Below the pieces are notes generated by a model. It searched no databases. It was not told the DNA's origin and was given only the letters and a program-made list of their open reading frames with translations. The translations under genes and the position numbers were made by a program. DNA of 64,000 nt from Alphaproteobacteria bacterium (GTDB taxonomy: Bacteria; Pseudomonadota; Alphaproteobacteria; UBA6615): contig JAKUPN010000005.1 of NCBI GenBank assembly GCA_022449545.1, forward strand, positions 3,897-67,896, read 5' to 3'. Below, in pieces: positions 53,626 through 64,000 of this stretch (position 1 is the stretch's first letter; each line of letters opens with the position of its first letter).

Positions 53626-54825
53626 TTAGCTCCAAGAATTAACAAGTGTATGGGTTGTTTCCCTTGATTCATGATCCAGTTCCTCAAAATCCTCAAGAGA
53701 CTTGATTGGATACCCTGTCACTTTAGACAATGTTGCATCAACAATAGAAGCAATATCGAGAAAGCCAATTCTTTTATTTATAAAATTTTCAACGGCAATT
53801 TCATTAGAAGCATTCAAGACTGCAGTACTTCCGTTGCCTTCCGCTAAGGCATCCCTTGCCAATTTAAGAGAAGGAAATTTATTCAAATTCGGTTCCTCAA
53901 ACGTCAAGTTTCCAAGTTTCGAAAAATCTATTCTTTCAGACGGAGCCATCATACGATGTGGCCAAGCCAAAGTATAAGATATGGGGGTACGCATATCAGG
54001 AGCACCCATTTGAGACAATATCGAGCCATCTATATACGCCACCATAGAATGAACAACTGACTGAGGATGGATTACTATATCTATCTTCTCATGAGATATA
54101 GGAAAAAAGTATGCAGCTTCAATCAATTCTAGTCCCTTATTCATCAGAGTTGCTGAATCTATAGAAATTTTTTGTCCCATATCCCAGTTTGGATGCAACA
54201 TCGCTTGATTAGGTGTAGCTTTTGCCATTTCATTTACTGTCCAACCAAGAAAAGGCCCTCCGGATGCAGTGAGTATAACTCGTTCTACTTCAGAATAATT
54301 CTTTTCGGCTAGAATCTGAAAAATAGCGTTATGTTCCGAATCAATTGGTAGAAGAACAGTTTTCGATTTCTGAACTTCATCCATCACAACATCTCCTGCA
54401 CACACAAGACATTCCTTATTTGCTAAAGCAACAATTTTTCCCTGTCTAATTGCAGATAAAGTTGGACGGAGACCTGCAGAACCAACAATAGCCGACACAA
54501 CTATATCGGCTGATCGCTCAGCTACCTCTATGATTGATCTTACGCCAGATACAACTTCTACCGAGCTACCAGATAAGGCCTCCTTTAATTCACGTAATCG
54601 CTGGCTATCACTAATAGCTATAATTTCTGGTTCGAGTATTCGTGCTTGCTCAGCCAAAAGTTCAATATTCGATTGGGCAGTGAGAGCAATAACTTTAAAT
54701 TGATCCCTATTACTAGATAATAAATCAACTGTACTTCTACCTATAGACCCGGTGGATCCTAAGATAGAAACAGTTCGTTGTTTATTCTCACTTTGTGGAA
54801 GTTTTATTGAATCATTAATAGTCAC
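53626..54825 (-). CDS. dxr: 1-deoxy-D-xylulose 5-phosphate reductoisomerase
   Basis: LGSTGSIG, LANKE, DSEH.AI, TASGGPF and HPNW.MG.KISIDSAT..NKGLE motifs. Confidence 0.97.
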   Translation of the reverse strand: MTINDSIKLPQSENKQRTVSILGSTGSIGRSTVDLLSSNRDQFKVIALTAQSNIELLAEQARILEPEIIAISDSQRLRELKEALSGSSVEVVSGVRSIIEVAERSADIVVSAIVGSAGLRPTLSAIRQGKIVALANKECLVCAGDVVMDEVQKSKTVLLPIDSEHNAIFQILAEKNYSEVERVILTASGGPFLGWTVNEMAKATPNQAMLHPNWDMGQKISIDSATLMNKGLELIEAAYFFPISHEKIDIVIHPQSVVHSMVAYIDGSILSQMGAPDMRTPISYTLAWPHRMMAPSERIDFSKLGNLTFEEPNLNKFPSLKLARDALAEGNGSTAVLNASNEIAVENFINKRIGFLDIASIVDATLSKVTGYPIKSLEDFEELDHESRETTHTLVNSWS

Positions 54826-55655
54826 AAGAACGCGATATCCCTTAGCAATAAAGTGATCAGAAGCATTATAGGAGCGGAAGTTAAAAGTCCATCTATCCGA
54901 TCAAGTATTCCACCATGTCCTGGTATAATTGATCCTGAATCTTTTTTATTAAATCGTCGTTTAACCCATGACTCAAATAGGTCTCCTATTTGGGCCACAA
55001 TAGAAAGAATAACAGCTAGAAACAGCAAGGTCTGAGATGTTTTGTTTTCCAAAATATTATACAAAATGATGGCACTAACTAAAGAAAATAATAAACCTCC
55101 AAAAGCCCCCGACCATGTTTTTTGTGGGCTAATAGAGGGCACTAGTTTAGGCCCTCCAAATAGACTACCAACAAAATAAGCACCAATATCAGTCATCCAG
55201 ACCATAATAAATAGGAATAAAACATATTCTAGCCCAAAAAAGTTATTCATTCTTAGCTTTATAATACATATCATTGGTAAGCAGAGATAACAGATGCCAA
55301 AACTCAACCATAACCGGCTATAGAAAAGACGACTGTTAGTAAAACCACATATCAATGCAAAAATAATGATAGATACAAGCGCAATCTCAAAACCCCAGTA
55401 AAAATATATTACCGATATAATTGGCCCTATTAGAGAGTAACAAATATTAATAATTAAACTTTTTTCACCACACAATCTGGACCATTCGAAAATGGCTATG
55501 CCGATTGTTAAAGAAACAAAGCTTATAAACCATAAACCACCCTCATAGGTTACCACCAAGACAAGTGGTAATAATAATAAGGTTGTAATTAACCGAGTAA
55601 AGAAGTTCTTGTATGTCACAGATCGTCTTATGAGAAGATTTCTAGACTGAGGCAT
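54822..55655 (-). CDS. cdsA: Phosphatidate cytidylyltransferase
   Basis: Polytopic protein with D.GAYF.G, ISP.KTW.G and GDLFES..KR...KDSG..IPGHGG.LDR.D; ATG at 55655. Confidence 0.95.
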   Translation of the reverse strand: MPQSRNLLIRRSVTYKNFFTRLITTLLLLPLVLVVTYEGGLWFISFVSLTIGIAIFEWSRLCGEKSLIINICYSLIGPIISVIYFYWGFEIALVSIIIFALICGFTNSRLFYSRLWLSFGICYLCLPMICIIKLRMNNFFGLEYVLFLFIMVWMTDIGAYFVGSLFGGPKLVPSISPQKTWSGAFGGLLFSLVSAIILYNILENKTSQTLLFLAVILSIVAQIGDLFESWVKRRFNKKDSGSIIPGHGGILDRIDGLLTSAPIMLLITLLLRDIAFL

Positions 55656-55659
55656 TATC

Positions 55660-56388
55660 CTATTTCTTATCAGCAATATCGCCAAATCGACGTTCTCGAC
55701 TATTAAATTCTTTTATTGCTAAAGCAAGATTCATCTCATTAAAATCAGGCCACAGCACATCACAAAAAACAAGTTCTGTGTAGGCCATTTGCCAAAGTAA
55801 AAAATTGCTTATTCTCTGTTCTCCACTAGTTCTAATTAATAGATCAGGGTCTGGAATTTCAGATGTAAAAAGATAACTAGAGAATTTTTGTTGATCTACC
55901 TCATCAAGCAATAAATTTCCTCCATGGATGTCAACAGCCAATGACTTAGCAGCCTCTAAAATTTCTTGCCTACCCCCATAACTCAATGCTGCCGTAAGTT
56001 GTAGCCCATCATTAGTATTGGTTAACTCTTCAGTTTTATTAATAAGATCCACTATATCTCTAGAAAAGTTAGAACGATCTCCAATAACCCTGATGCGCAC
56101 ATTACTATCTAATAAGTGCGTAGTTTCATTCTTTAGAAAACGGCGTAATAGCCACATTAAGTCATCGATTTCTAGACTTGGTCTTTTCCAGTTTTCAGAA
56201 CTAAAACCAAATAATGTTAGATATTTAATACCTAATCTTTGAATTTCGATCACAGTTCTTTTTACTGCAGCGACACCAGCACGATGTCCATCGCTTCTAG
56301 GCAAACCTCTCGACTCTGCCCATCTTCCGTTACCATCCATAATAATAGCAATATGTTTTGGAAGAGATTGTTTGGACAACTTAACCAC
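55660..56388 (-). CDS. uppS: Undecaprenyl diphosphate synthase
   Basis: HIAIIMDGNGRWA, FSSENWKRP, YGGR.E and IRTSGEQRISNFLLWQ motifs. Confidence 0.97.
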   Translation of the reverse strand: MVKLSKQSLPKHIAIIMDGNGRWAESRGLPRSDGHRAGVAAVKRTVIEIQRLGIKYLTLFGFSSENWKRPSLEIDDLMWLLRRFLKNETTHLLDSNVRIRVIGDRSNFSRDIVDLINKTEELTNTNDGLQLTAALSYGGRQEILEAAKSLAVDIHGGNLLLDEVDQQKFSSYLFTSEIPDPDLLIRTSGEQRISNFLLWQMAYTELVFCDVLWPDFNEMNLALAIKEFNSRERRFGDIADKK

Positions 56389-56398
56389 CGTATTTTGA

Positions 56399-56953
56399 TT
56401 AAACCTGAAGAATCTCCTGCTCTTTTTCGGAAAGCATTTGATCGATCAAAGCAATATGTTCATCAGTGAGCTTTTGGATGTCCTCACCTAAAGTATGTTG
56501 CTCGTCTTTTGATATCTTGCCCTCTTTCTCGCTCTTTTTCAAAGAGTCCATACCATCCCGACGTACATTACGCACTGCCACACGTGCCTGCTCTCCAAAT
56601 TTAGCCGCCACCTTAGTAAGATCTATTCTTCTTTCTTCACTTAAATCAGGTATCGGTACCCTAATAAGGTTTCCTTCTGTTTGCGGATTTAGCCCGAGAT
56701 TAGATTCTTGTATTGCTTTTTCTACATCCTTTACCAAGCCGTTATCCCACACTTGAACAGTTAAGAGCCTTGGTTCAGGAACACTAATAGATCCGACTTG
56801 ATTCATCGGCATTTTCGAACCATATGCTTCAATCGATATGTTCTCAAGCAAAGCAGTCGACGCACGACCAGTACGTAAACCAGAAAATTCCTTGTTTAAA
56901 GATTCTATAGCACCATCCATGCGGCGCGCTAGATCATTTGGATCTGCTGACAT
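56399..56953 (-). CDS. frr: Ribosome recycling factor
   Basis: LRTGRAS, LGLNP, P.LSEERR and VRNVRRD motifs; ATG at 56953. Confidence 0.97.
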   Translation of the reverse strand: MSADPNDLARRMDGAIESLNKEFSGLRTGRASTALLENISIEAYGSKMPMNQVGSISVPEPRLLTVQVWDNGLVKDVEKAIQESNLGLNPQTEGNLIRVPIPDLSEERRIDLTKVAAKFGEQARVAVRNVRRDGMDSLKKSEKEGKISKDEQHTLGEDIQKLTDEHIALIDQMLSEKEQEILQV

Positions 56954-56957
56954 GCTA

Positions 56958-57680
56958 TTATCCTCCTTCAACTATTGTGTAACGACCCTCACCAGTTATG
57001 ACTTTATTGACTTCACCTTTATTAAGTATAGAAAAAACTATAATTGGAATATTATTTTCACGACATAGTGTAATCGCTGCAGCATCCATGACTTGTAAAT
57101 CTTGGCTCAAAACTTCAAAATGTGTTAGCCTACTATATCTTTTAGTATCAGGATTTTTATGCGGATCTGCACTATACACTCCATCCACTTTAGTTCCTTT
57201 CATCAAACAATCACATGACATTTCTGAGGCTCGTAGTGCGGCAGCTGTATCTGTTGTAAAGTATGGATTTCCTGTGCCGGCAGCAAATATTACTACACGG
57301 TCCCGTTCCATATGACGAATCGCACGTCGTCGTATATATGGTTCACATACAGTAGACATAGGTATTGCAGATTGTACTCGTGTGTCTAAGCCGATTTTTT
57401 CTAGAGCGTTTTGTAAAGCAAGAGCATTTATAACCGTCGCTAACATTCCCATAAAATCAGCATTAGTCCTATCCATACCGGCAGCTGCACCAGAAACACC
57501 TCTAAATATATTTCCTCCTCCAACCACCAAACATAACTGTACACCAGACTGACATACTTCATAGATATCTTGAGCTATACGACTCAACACCTTTGAATCA
57601 AGTCCAAACGTGTTATCACCCATTAACACCTCACCTGAGATTTTGAGCAAAACACGTTGATAATTAGATGGTATTGACAT
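56958..57680 (-). CDS. pyrH: Uridylate kinase
   Basis: [15 protein letters not shown] and [17 protein letters not shown] motifs. Confidence 0.98.
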   Translation of the reverse strand: MSIPSNYQRVLLKISGEVLMGDNTFGLDSKVLSRIAQDIYEVCQSGVQLCLVVGGGNIFRGVSGAAAGMDRTNADFMGMLATVINALALQNALEKIGLDTRVQSAIPMSTVCEPYIRRRAIRHMERDRVVIFAAGTGNPYFTTDTAAALRASEMSCDCLMKGTKVDGVYSADPHKNPDTKRYSRLTHFEVLSQDLQVMDAAAITLCRENNIPIIVFSILNKGEVNKVITGEGRYTIVEGG

Positions 57681-57777
57681 CCACTATGATCTCCAGGAAA
57701 CACAATATATAAATTTTAGAAACGTATTTTAGAGTTCTTAATTACAATTAAAAGTTTTTCAAATAAGAAATAACTAT

Positions 57778-58701
57778 TTATTCGGATAACCTTGCCACTT
57801 CCTCAGCAAAATCATCTTCCTTACCTTCTAAACCTTCACCCAAATTGTACCGAACATATCCTTTTATAACTATGTCAGATCCAATATCAACTGATACTTC
57901 TTTAATAGCTTCAGCAACTGTCTTTTCTGTATCCAATACATAAGATTGTTCCAGAAGGACACTTTCTTGATAAAATTTCTGGATGCGGCCTTCAACCATT
58001 TTCTGAATAATGTCATCATTCTTACCCGACTCCAGCGCTTGATCTAATAGAATTTTTCTTTCGCGCTCTACAGTTCTAGGATCTAATGATTCTATATCTA
58101 TAGCTTGAGGATCTGCTGAACAGATATGCATAGCCAAATTTCTTCCTAATTGGCTTAATTGATCTGGTGTTGCCTCTGATTCTAAAGCTACTAATACCCC
58201 GATCTTTCCAAGGCCATCGGAAACTTTATTATGGACATACTCAGAAACAAAACCTTTTTCTACTTGTAGTGCTGCTGCACGTCTCAAATTAATGTTTTCT
58301 CCAATTGTGGCGACCATCTGTGTCGCCTCTTCTTCAACAGTTCTGCTACTTGAAACATAATCAGATGTTTTCAAAGAATTAAAATCACCTCCCACATCCT
58401 GAGCAATGTTAGTGACATTTTTAACAAAAGTTTGAAATACATCATTTCTAGCTACAAAGTCTGTTTCTGAGTTAATTTCAACAATAGCGCCAGAAGTTTC
58501 AGTTGTTTTTACTCCAATTAGTCCCTCAGATGCAGCTCTTCCTGCTTTTTTTGCAGCTGCTGAAAGTCCTTTAGTCCTCAAAATATCTATTGCCGCGTCA
58601 AGATCCCCATCTGTCTCTACCAAGGCAGATTTACAATCCATCATCCCTGCACCAGACTTATCTCTTAATTCCTTTACCATTCTAGCCGTTATTTCAGCCA
58701 T
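57778..58701 (-). CDS. tsf: Elongation factor Ts
   Basis: VKELR..SGAGMMDCK.AL, EINSETDFVARN and IGEN motifs. Confidence 0.98.
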   Translation of the reverse strand: MAEITARMVKELRDKSGAGMMDCKSALVETDGDLDAAIDILRTKGLSAAAKKAGRAASEGLIGVKTTETSGAIVEINSETDFVARNDVFQTFVKNVTNIAQDVGGDFNSLKTSDYVSSSRTVEEEATQMVATIGENINLRRAAALQVEKGFVSEYVHNKVSDGLGKIGVLVALESEATPDQLSQLGRNLAMHICSADPQAIDIESLDPRTVERERKILLDQALESGKNDDIIQKMVEGRIQKFYQESVLLEQSYVLDTEKTVAEAIKEVSVDIGSDIVIKGYVRYNLGEGLEGKEDDFAEEVARLSE

Positions 58702-58779
58702 AATTACTTAATTCTCCGTAACAATTATTCAAAATATACTATTGTAAATAAAGAGAGTTCTATTCCATACCTGACAGTA

Positions 58780-59688
58780 TTAGTCCGGTACATTAGAGCT
58801 ATCTTCAACAGATGTGGAATTGTCTTCTGTCAATAGTGCTTCAGATTTGATTTCTTCCTCATTCAATGTGCTTACTTGCTCATTATTAGGCTCAACTTGT
58901 ACATCGCCTCCATTCGTATCCTCACTTTTAGTATCTTGCAAGGCTGTTTCTGGTACTAAAGTTTCAGACTCCCCAACATCAGCACCACTAGTTGTCATTT
59001 CTTGTTGTAGACCGTCAAGAACGGCACCAGAAAACAGATCGCAATATAATTGGATAGCTCTCATAGCGTCATCATTACCTGGAATAGGAAAATCAATATT
59101 CATTGGGTTCGAATTCGAATCGACAATAGCTGCAATTGGTATACCAAGTTTATGCGCTTCATTTATCGCTATTTCTTCTTTGTTAGTATCTATAATTACT
59201 AACATATCTGGCCGGCCACCCATTTCTTTGATACCCCCAAGAGCTAACTCAAGTTTGTCCCTTTGTCGTGTCAAGTTAAGTAATTCTTTTTTTGTTAGCC
59301 CTCTACTCTCATCTGAACTAAGTTGATTCTCCAGATCTCGCAATGTTCTTATAGAGTTAGAGATAGTCTTCCAGTTCGTTAACATCCCGCCAAGCCAACG
59401 ATGATTTACGTAATATTGACCACATTTTTTTGCAGATTCTGCGATAATTTCACCAGCAGCTCGTTTTGTACCAACAAATAAAACTCTGCCCCCATTAGCG
59501 GCAATATCTCGCGTCGTATTAAGAGCTGCGTATAACATTGGAACTGTTTGCTGAAGGTCAATAATGTGAACTTTATTTCTAACCCCGAAAATATACTGCT
59601 CCATTTTCGGATTCCACCGTCTAGTATTATGACCAAAATGAACGCCTGCTTCTAAGAGTTGCCTCATCGTAAATGTAGGAACCGCCAT
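58780..59688 (-). CDS. rpsB: 30S ribosomal protein S2 (with acidic C-terminal extension)
   Basis: [24 protein letters not shown] and IPGNDDA motifs. Confidence 0.98.
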   Translation of the reverse strand: MAVPTFTMRQLLEAGVHFGHNTRRWNPKMEQYIFGVRNKVHIIDLQQTVPMLYAALNTTRDIAANGGRVLFVGTKRAAGEIIAESAKKCGQYYVNHRWLGGMLTNWKTISNSIRTLRDLENQLSSDESRGLTKKELLNLTRQRDKLELALGGIKEMGGRPDMLVIIDTNKEEIAINEAHKLGIPIAAIVDSNSNPMNIDFPIPGNDDAMRAIQLYCDLFSGAVLDGLQQEMTTSGADVGESETLVPETALQDTKSEDTNGGDVQVEPNNEQVSTLNEEEIKSEALLTEDNSTSVEDSSNVPD

Positions 59689-59853
59689 AAACGTATCTCC
59701 TTTTCCGGTTAAACTTCTGCAAGACGTGGCTTTAAAAGCACCGGAGCGAACATTATGATTTTTTACCCATACGTCCGCAATCTTGCATGTGAATTCTATT
59801 CGTTTTGAATCGAGTAGTTAATTTGGTGTAGCTGTATGGTGAGAAAATTGCAA
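59689..59853 (-). promoter_or_regulatory. rpsB-tsf promoter and structured 5' leader (candidate S2 autoregulatory element)
   Basis: On the minus strand, TTGCAA-N17-TACACC (59853-59825). The leader has a 7-bp complementary pair at 59781-59787 / 59718-59724, followed by AACCGGAAAAGGAG before the ATG. Confidence 0.55.
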
Positions 59854-59919
59854 GTACCTAAGGATTAATTATTTACTGAATTGTTATTAACTGGCACTAA
59901 GAAATAGGACAATATCAGC

Positions 59920-60258
59920 TTAACTAGTTTTATACTCTATCTCCAAAGCGACCATATCAGTGTCACCAATATTTGTTACATTATGCTCAAAACCCTCACC
60001 CACTTCATAAAAAAATGATTTTCCTGCTTCTGATTTGATTTCACCTACCGACCCATCAGATCTTTCATATCGCAACTGGGCAGATTCAATATGATATCCT
60101 ACATAATTTGTATCATGGACATGCCAACCTGATTGTTCCCCAGGACGTATTCGATGAAAGGTGATTCTTGTGGTATCATTATCAAGTAATATTTCGTAAT
60201 GACTAAGTTGATCAGAAGCTATTTTTGATCTGTTTTTTTTATCCAAATGCTGAGACAT
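59920..60258 (-). CDS. Cupin domain protein, BauB-like (paralog 2)
   Basis: LLDND..RIT...I.PGEQSGWHVH..YV...EHNV.N.G....LEIE.K; GGAG RBS upstream of ATG 60258. Confidence 0.88.
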   Translation of the reverse strand: MSQHLDKKNRSKIASDQLSHYEILLDNDTTRITFHRIRPGEQSGWHVHDTNYVGYHIESAQLRYERSDGSVGEIKSEAGKSFFYEVGEGFEHNVTNIGDTDMVALEIEYKTS

Positions 60259-60286
60259 CAATAAATCTCCTAATAATAATGTGCAC

Positions 60287-60619
60287 TTAACCAGTTTTAT
60301 ACTCTATCTCTAAAGCAATTATATCAACATCTCCCACATTGATTGCATTATGCTCAACAGGCGCCTTAACGGATAACGCCACACCAGGCGAATAGTCAAT
60401 GTCTAGTGATGTACCATCAACATAGTCTAGATGGAGCCGACCTTTTGATTGTTGCAAAGCTACGTAATCATATTCATGCCTGTGCCACCCTGTTTGCTCA
60501 CCTGGTTTTATTGTAAACAAAGTAATACAAGTTTTTTCATCATCTAAAAGAGTATTATAGGTGGCTATTGGCCTTGTTACAGGTCCGGAATCAATTTTAT
60601 CTTTAAGTTTAATTGACAT
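60287..60619 (-). CDS. Cupin domain protein, BauB-like (paralog 1)
   Basis: PGEQTGWHRHEYDYV...VEHNAIN.G....LEIEYK; GGGGAG RBS upstream of ATG 60619. Confidence 0.88.
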   Translation of the reverse strand: MSIKLKDKIDSGPVTRPIATYNTLLDDEKTCITLFTIKPGEQTGWHRHEYDYVALQQSKGRLHLDYVDGTSLDIDYSPGVALSVKAPVEHNAINVGDVDIIALEIEYKTG

Positions 60620-60684
60620 GTTTATCTCCCCACAAAAAGAGAATACATGATAATTAAACATATTAAAGTATATATTTAGCCTTA

Positions 60685-63600
60685 CTAAGCCTCTTGGACT
60701 TGAATTACACCAGGTATTTTTTTGATAGAATCATACATCTGCCTGTTATACAGATAAGCTCCATCAAGTCTTACCTCAACCTCCCTAGTTTCGGAGGGTA
60801 TAATCAAACTAATCCTTGCGTTACCCTGGCTTTCTTTTGAACTTTCTGTATGTTTCTCAACTAGAGATTTAAGATCTCCTAAAGGTTCATAATCATTTAT
60901 CCATATCTTTAATAAGACAGGGGCAGAAACTGTTGCATGTTCCAAGTCACTTATTGATTGAACAGTTAATCGCAATTGATCTTCATCCATCCTTGCTGCC
61001 ACCTTAAGTAAAATCGGCCTACCACCTACTTCTAATAGGTTCACATTCTCTGCCAATAACTCTGAAAAGACTGTAGTTTCAAATGTCCCGGAAGCATCGG
61101 ACAACTGAACAAAGGCGTATCTACTTCCTCGTTGCGAGGTTCGTTTTTGAACGTTTAAAACAACTCCTGAAAGTAAAGCACTCATGGCCCCTCCATTAGC
61201 CATAACCGTTTCTTTCAAATTGATATATTGAAGAACTCCCATGCGCTCGAGCAGCACTGTATATTCGTCTAAAGGATGAGCCGTTAGGTAAAAACCTATA
61301 GCCTCACGTTCTTTCTCTAAAACCTCTACTTGAGACCACTGTTCAACCCCATCAAAAGAAAGGTTTATCTTTGTTGTCTCAGCATCATTTTGTCCTAATA
61401 GATTAAACTGTCCACTTTCACGTTCAGCTGTTTTTGCTTGAGCTAAATTTAAAATTTTATCTATACCTACAAAGAGACTCGCACGATTATCTTCTAATGA
61501 ATTGAGCGCACCTGCCCCAACTAAGTTCTCTAGGAGACGTTTGTTTAGAGCCTGAGAGTTTAATCTGTTAGCTAAGTCAAAAATACTTTTAAACTCACCA
61601 TGTTCTATTCTTTCCTTAACAAGGGTTTCCATTGCTGAAGGACCAACGCCTTTTATTGCAGCCAGAGCATAGCGTATTGATCCGATGTATTTCTTTCCTT
61701 TAATTGTTGGTTTATCAATATGTTCTACTGAAAACTCAACTTCAGAGTAATTTATATCGGGCGATAGAAGCAATATAGATTGGTTTTCTAGTTCCTGTTT
61801 ATAAAGAGATAATTTGTCTGTGTTATTAATATCGAGCGTCATTGAGGCAGCAAAGAACTCTACTGGATAATTAGACTTTAGATAAGCTGTTTGATATGCA
61901 ATCAGAGCATAAGCAGCAGCATGAGCTTTATTAAAACCGTATCCTGCAAATTTAGCGATAGTATCAAAAATACGAATAGCAGTTCCTTCGTCAACTTTTC
62001 TCATTGTCGCACCGGATACGAATGCGTCCCTTTGTGCATCCATCTCTGATTTAATCTTCTTTCCCATCGCACGACGTAATAGATCAGCTGATCCAAGTGT
62101 AAACCCTGCTAAGTTCTGAGCCATCTGCATAACTTGTTCTTGATATATAGGAATGCCATAAGTTTCGCTTAGGCATTCCTCAAGGCTTTCATGTAAATAA
62201 TCAACTTTCTCTATACCGTGCTTACGACTTATATAACTTGGAATGTTATCCATAGGCCCAGGTCTATATAGTGCTACAACGGCTATTATATCTTCGAATC
62301 TATCTGGTTTAAGTTTTCTAAGCACATCACGCACACCAGTGGACTCGCATTGAAAAACTCCAGTTGTATCTCCTTGACCAAGCATCTCAAATGTTCGTAA
62401 ATCGTCAAGAGGAATACTTGCTAGGTCAATTTTAATATTTTTATTTAATAATAATGAAAGTGTTTTTTGAATTACATCTAGAGTTTTCAAACCCAGAAAA
62501 TCAAATTTAACCAACCCAGCCAATTCAACGTATTTCATTGAGAACTGTGTTGCTAATGTATCGGACCTAGGATCTCTATAAAGTGGAATACTTTGTTCTA
62601 ATGGCCGATCACCGATTACAACACCCGCCGCATGTGTAGAAGTATTTCTATACAACCCTTCTAATTTTAGGGCTAGATCAAGAAGGTGCCCTACATTCTC
62701 ATCACTTATTCTCAGATCCTTTAATTGAGGCTCTAAATTAATTGCTTGTTCAAGTGAAACAGGATTAGCCGGATTCGCGGGTATCATCTTTGCTATACGA
62801 TCAACCATGCCATAAGGCATTTCAAGAACCCGTCCAACATCACGAACCACAGCTCTTGCCTGTAATTTTCCAAAAGTGATTATTTGAGCTACACGATCAT
62901 GCCCATATCTCTCTTGAACATATCTAATTACTTCGTCTCTTCTTGCTTGACAAAAATCAATATCAAAATCAGGCATCGAGACCCGTTCCGGGTTAAGAAA
63001 ACGCTCAAAAAAAAGTCCCCATTTTAATGGATCTAAATCAGTAATAGTTAATGCCCAAGCAACTACAGATCCAGCACCAGATCCTCTACCCGGGCCCACT
63101 GCGATTCCATTTGACTTAGACCATTTAATAAAATCCGCAACAATAAGAAAATATCCTGAGTAACCCATACCTTCTATAACATCTAGCTCATACTGCAATC
63201 GTTTATAATATGGACCTTCAACTAACTCTTTTTCCTCATCGGTAATTTGCTTATCATGCACATGATACAAAAGTCTTTCTTTCAAACCTATATGGGCTTG
63301 TTCACGTAATAGGGTGTTTTCGTCATTTTCTGAGTTAGTTTTGAAAGGTGGTAACTTTGGTTCACTTGCAATTGGCATAAATGAACATCTCTGTGCAATA
63401 ACTATTGTATTTTTAATTGCTTCAGGTAAATCAGAAAAAACCTCTTTCATCTCTTCAGCTGATTTAAAATAGTGCTCAGATGTAACTCGTCGTCTTTCTG
63501 GCTGAGATATATATGCACTCTGCGAGATACATAATAAAGCGTCATGTGCCTCGTACATGTTCTTTTCAGTATAAAAAACTTCATTTGTAGCCACTAGTGG

Positions 63601-63999
63601 CAGGTTTAAAGAGTAGGCAAGCTCAATAAGCGACTTTTCGCTCTTAGATTCATTATCTAAATTATGTCTTTGAATCTCTATATATAATCTCTCTGGAAAT
63701 AATTCTATTAGGGTTTCCAGAGAACGATGTGCTAGTTCACTTTGTTTATTTTCTATTAAGCGTGCGATTTCTCCGTTGGCTCCACCAGTTAATGCTATTA
63801 ATCCTTCTGTATTACCCAAGAGATCATCATAGGAAAGCTTACCTCTTCGTAGAGCATCTTCCGTAGAATAAGATTTCGATACTAAATGCAAAAGATTTCG
63901 ATAGCCAGTTTGAGTTTGAACTAAAACAACCAACTCACTAACTGAATACAATTTTTCCTTGTCCTGTTGATACCCATACAAGCCATCATTATCTTCGAA
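60685..63999 (-). CDS. dnaE: DNA polymerase III alpha subunit (5' partial, begins beyond window)
   Basis: GPGRGSGAGS, FERFLNPERVSMPDFDIDF, KFDFLGL, GYGFNKAH and an OB fold; the frame stays open to the window end. Confidence 0.98.
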   Translation of the reverse strand, partial: FEDNDGLYGYQQDKEKLYSVSELVVLVQTQTGYRNLLHLVSKSYSTEDALRRGKLSYDDLLGNTEGLIALTGGANGEIARLIENKQSELAHRSLETLIELFPERLYIEIQRHNLDNESKSEKSLIELAYSLNLPLVATNEVFYTEKNMYEAHDALLCISQSAYISQPERRRVTSEHYFKSAEEMKEVFSDLPEAIKNTIVIAQRCSFMPIASEPKLPPFKTNSENDENTLLREQAHIGLKERLLYHVHDKQITDEEKELVEGPYYKRLQYELDVIEGMGYSGYFLIVADFIKWSKSNGIAVGPGRGSGAGSVVAWALTITDLDPLKWGLFFERFLNPERVSMPDFDIDFCQARRDEVIRYVQERYGHDRVAQIITFGKLQARAVVRDVGRVLEMPYGMVDRIAKMIPANPANPVSLEQAINLEPQLKDLRISDENVGHLLDLALKLEGLYRNTSTHAAGVVIGDRPLEQSIPLYRDPRSDTLATQFSMKYVELAGLVKFDFLGLKTLDVIQKTLSLLLNKNIKIDLASIPLDDLRTFEMLGQGDTTGVFQCESTGVRDVLRKLKPDRFEDIIAVVALYRPGPMDNIPSYISRKHGIEKVDYLHESLEECLSETYGIPIYQEQVMQMAQNLAGFTLGSADLLRRAMGKKIKSEMDAQRDAFVSGATMRKVDEGTAIRIFDTIAKFAGYGFNKAHAAAYALIAYQTAYLKSNYPVEFFAASMTLDINNTDKLSLYKQELENQSILLLSPDINYSEVEFSVEHIDKPTIKGKKYIGSIRYALAAIKGVGPSAMETLVKERIEHGEFKSIFDLANRLNSQALNKRLLENLVGAGALNSLEDNRASLFVGIDKILNLAQAKTAERESGQFNLLGQNDAETTKINLSFDGVEQWSQVEVLEKEREAIGFYLTAHPLDEYTVLLERMGVLQYINLKETVMANGGAMSALLSGVVLNVQKRTSQRGSRYAFVQLSDASGTFETTVFSELLAENVNLLEVGGRPILLKVAARMDEDQLRLTVQSISDLEHATVSAPVLLKIWINDYEPLGDLKSLVEKHTESSKESQGNARISLIIPSETREVEVRLDGAYLYNRQMYDSIKKIPGVIQVQEA

Positions 64000-64000
64000 T

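Overview
AT-rich, gene-dense core-chromosome segment of an alphaproteobacterium. The gene order is Rhodospirillales-like and spacers are short, which suggests a streamlined, possibly marine lineage (inference). Almost all of it is housekeeping: tmk-holB-metG-tatD-mazG; dusB-ntrBC-ntrYX-trkA-hfq-hflX; ispDF-pgpA-cinA; pdhABC-lpdA-lipA-ratA; tpiA-secG-pyrG-kdsA-eno-ftsB; ppiD-trpE-trpGDC-moaC-moeA-lexA-gltX-gltA; rpsB-tsf-pyrH-frr-uppS-cdsA-dxr-rseP-bamA-skp-lpxD-fabZ-lpxA-lpxI-lpxB-gloA; and a partial dnaE. The clearest non-coding signal is a near-canonical 28-bp XerCD dif site at 4365-4392 between tatD and mazG, so the window probably spans the replication terminus. Also visible are alpha-type LexA boxes, tandem NtrC-like boxes at the dusB/ispDF divergent promoter and a structured rpsB leader. 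Accessory content is limited to three small orphan ORFs and a tandem pair of BauB-like cupins. The IspF domain has unusual active-site substitutions, and several usual neighbours (phnP-like MBL hydrolase, trkH, comEC) are absent from their expected positions. I found no tRNA, rRNA, CRISPR array, transposase or prophage, and no convincing large novel system.
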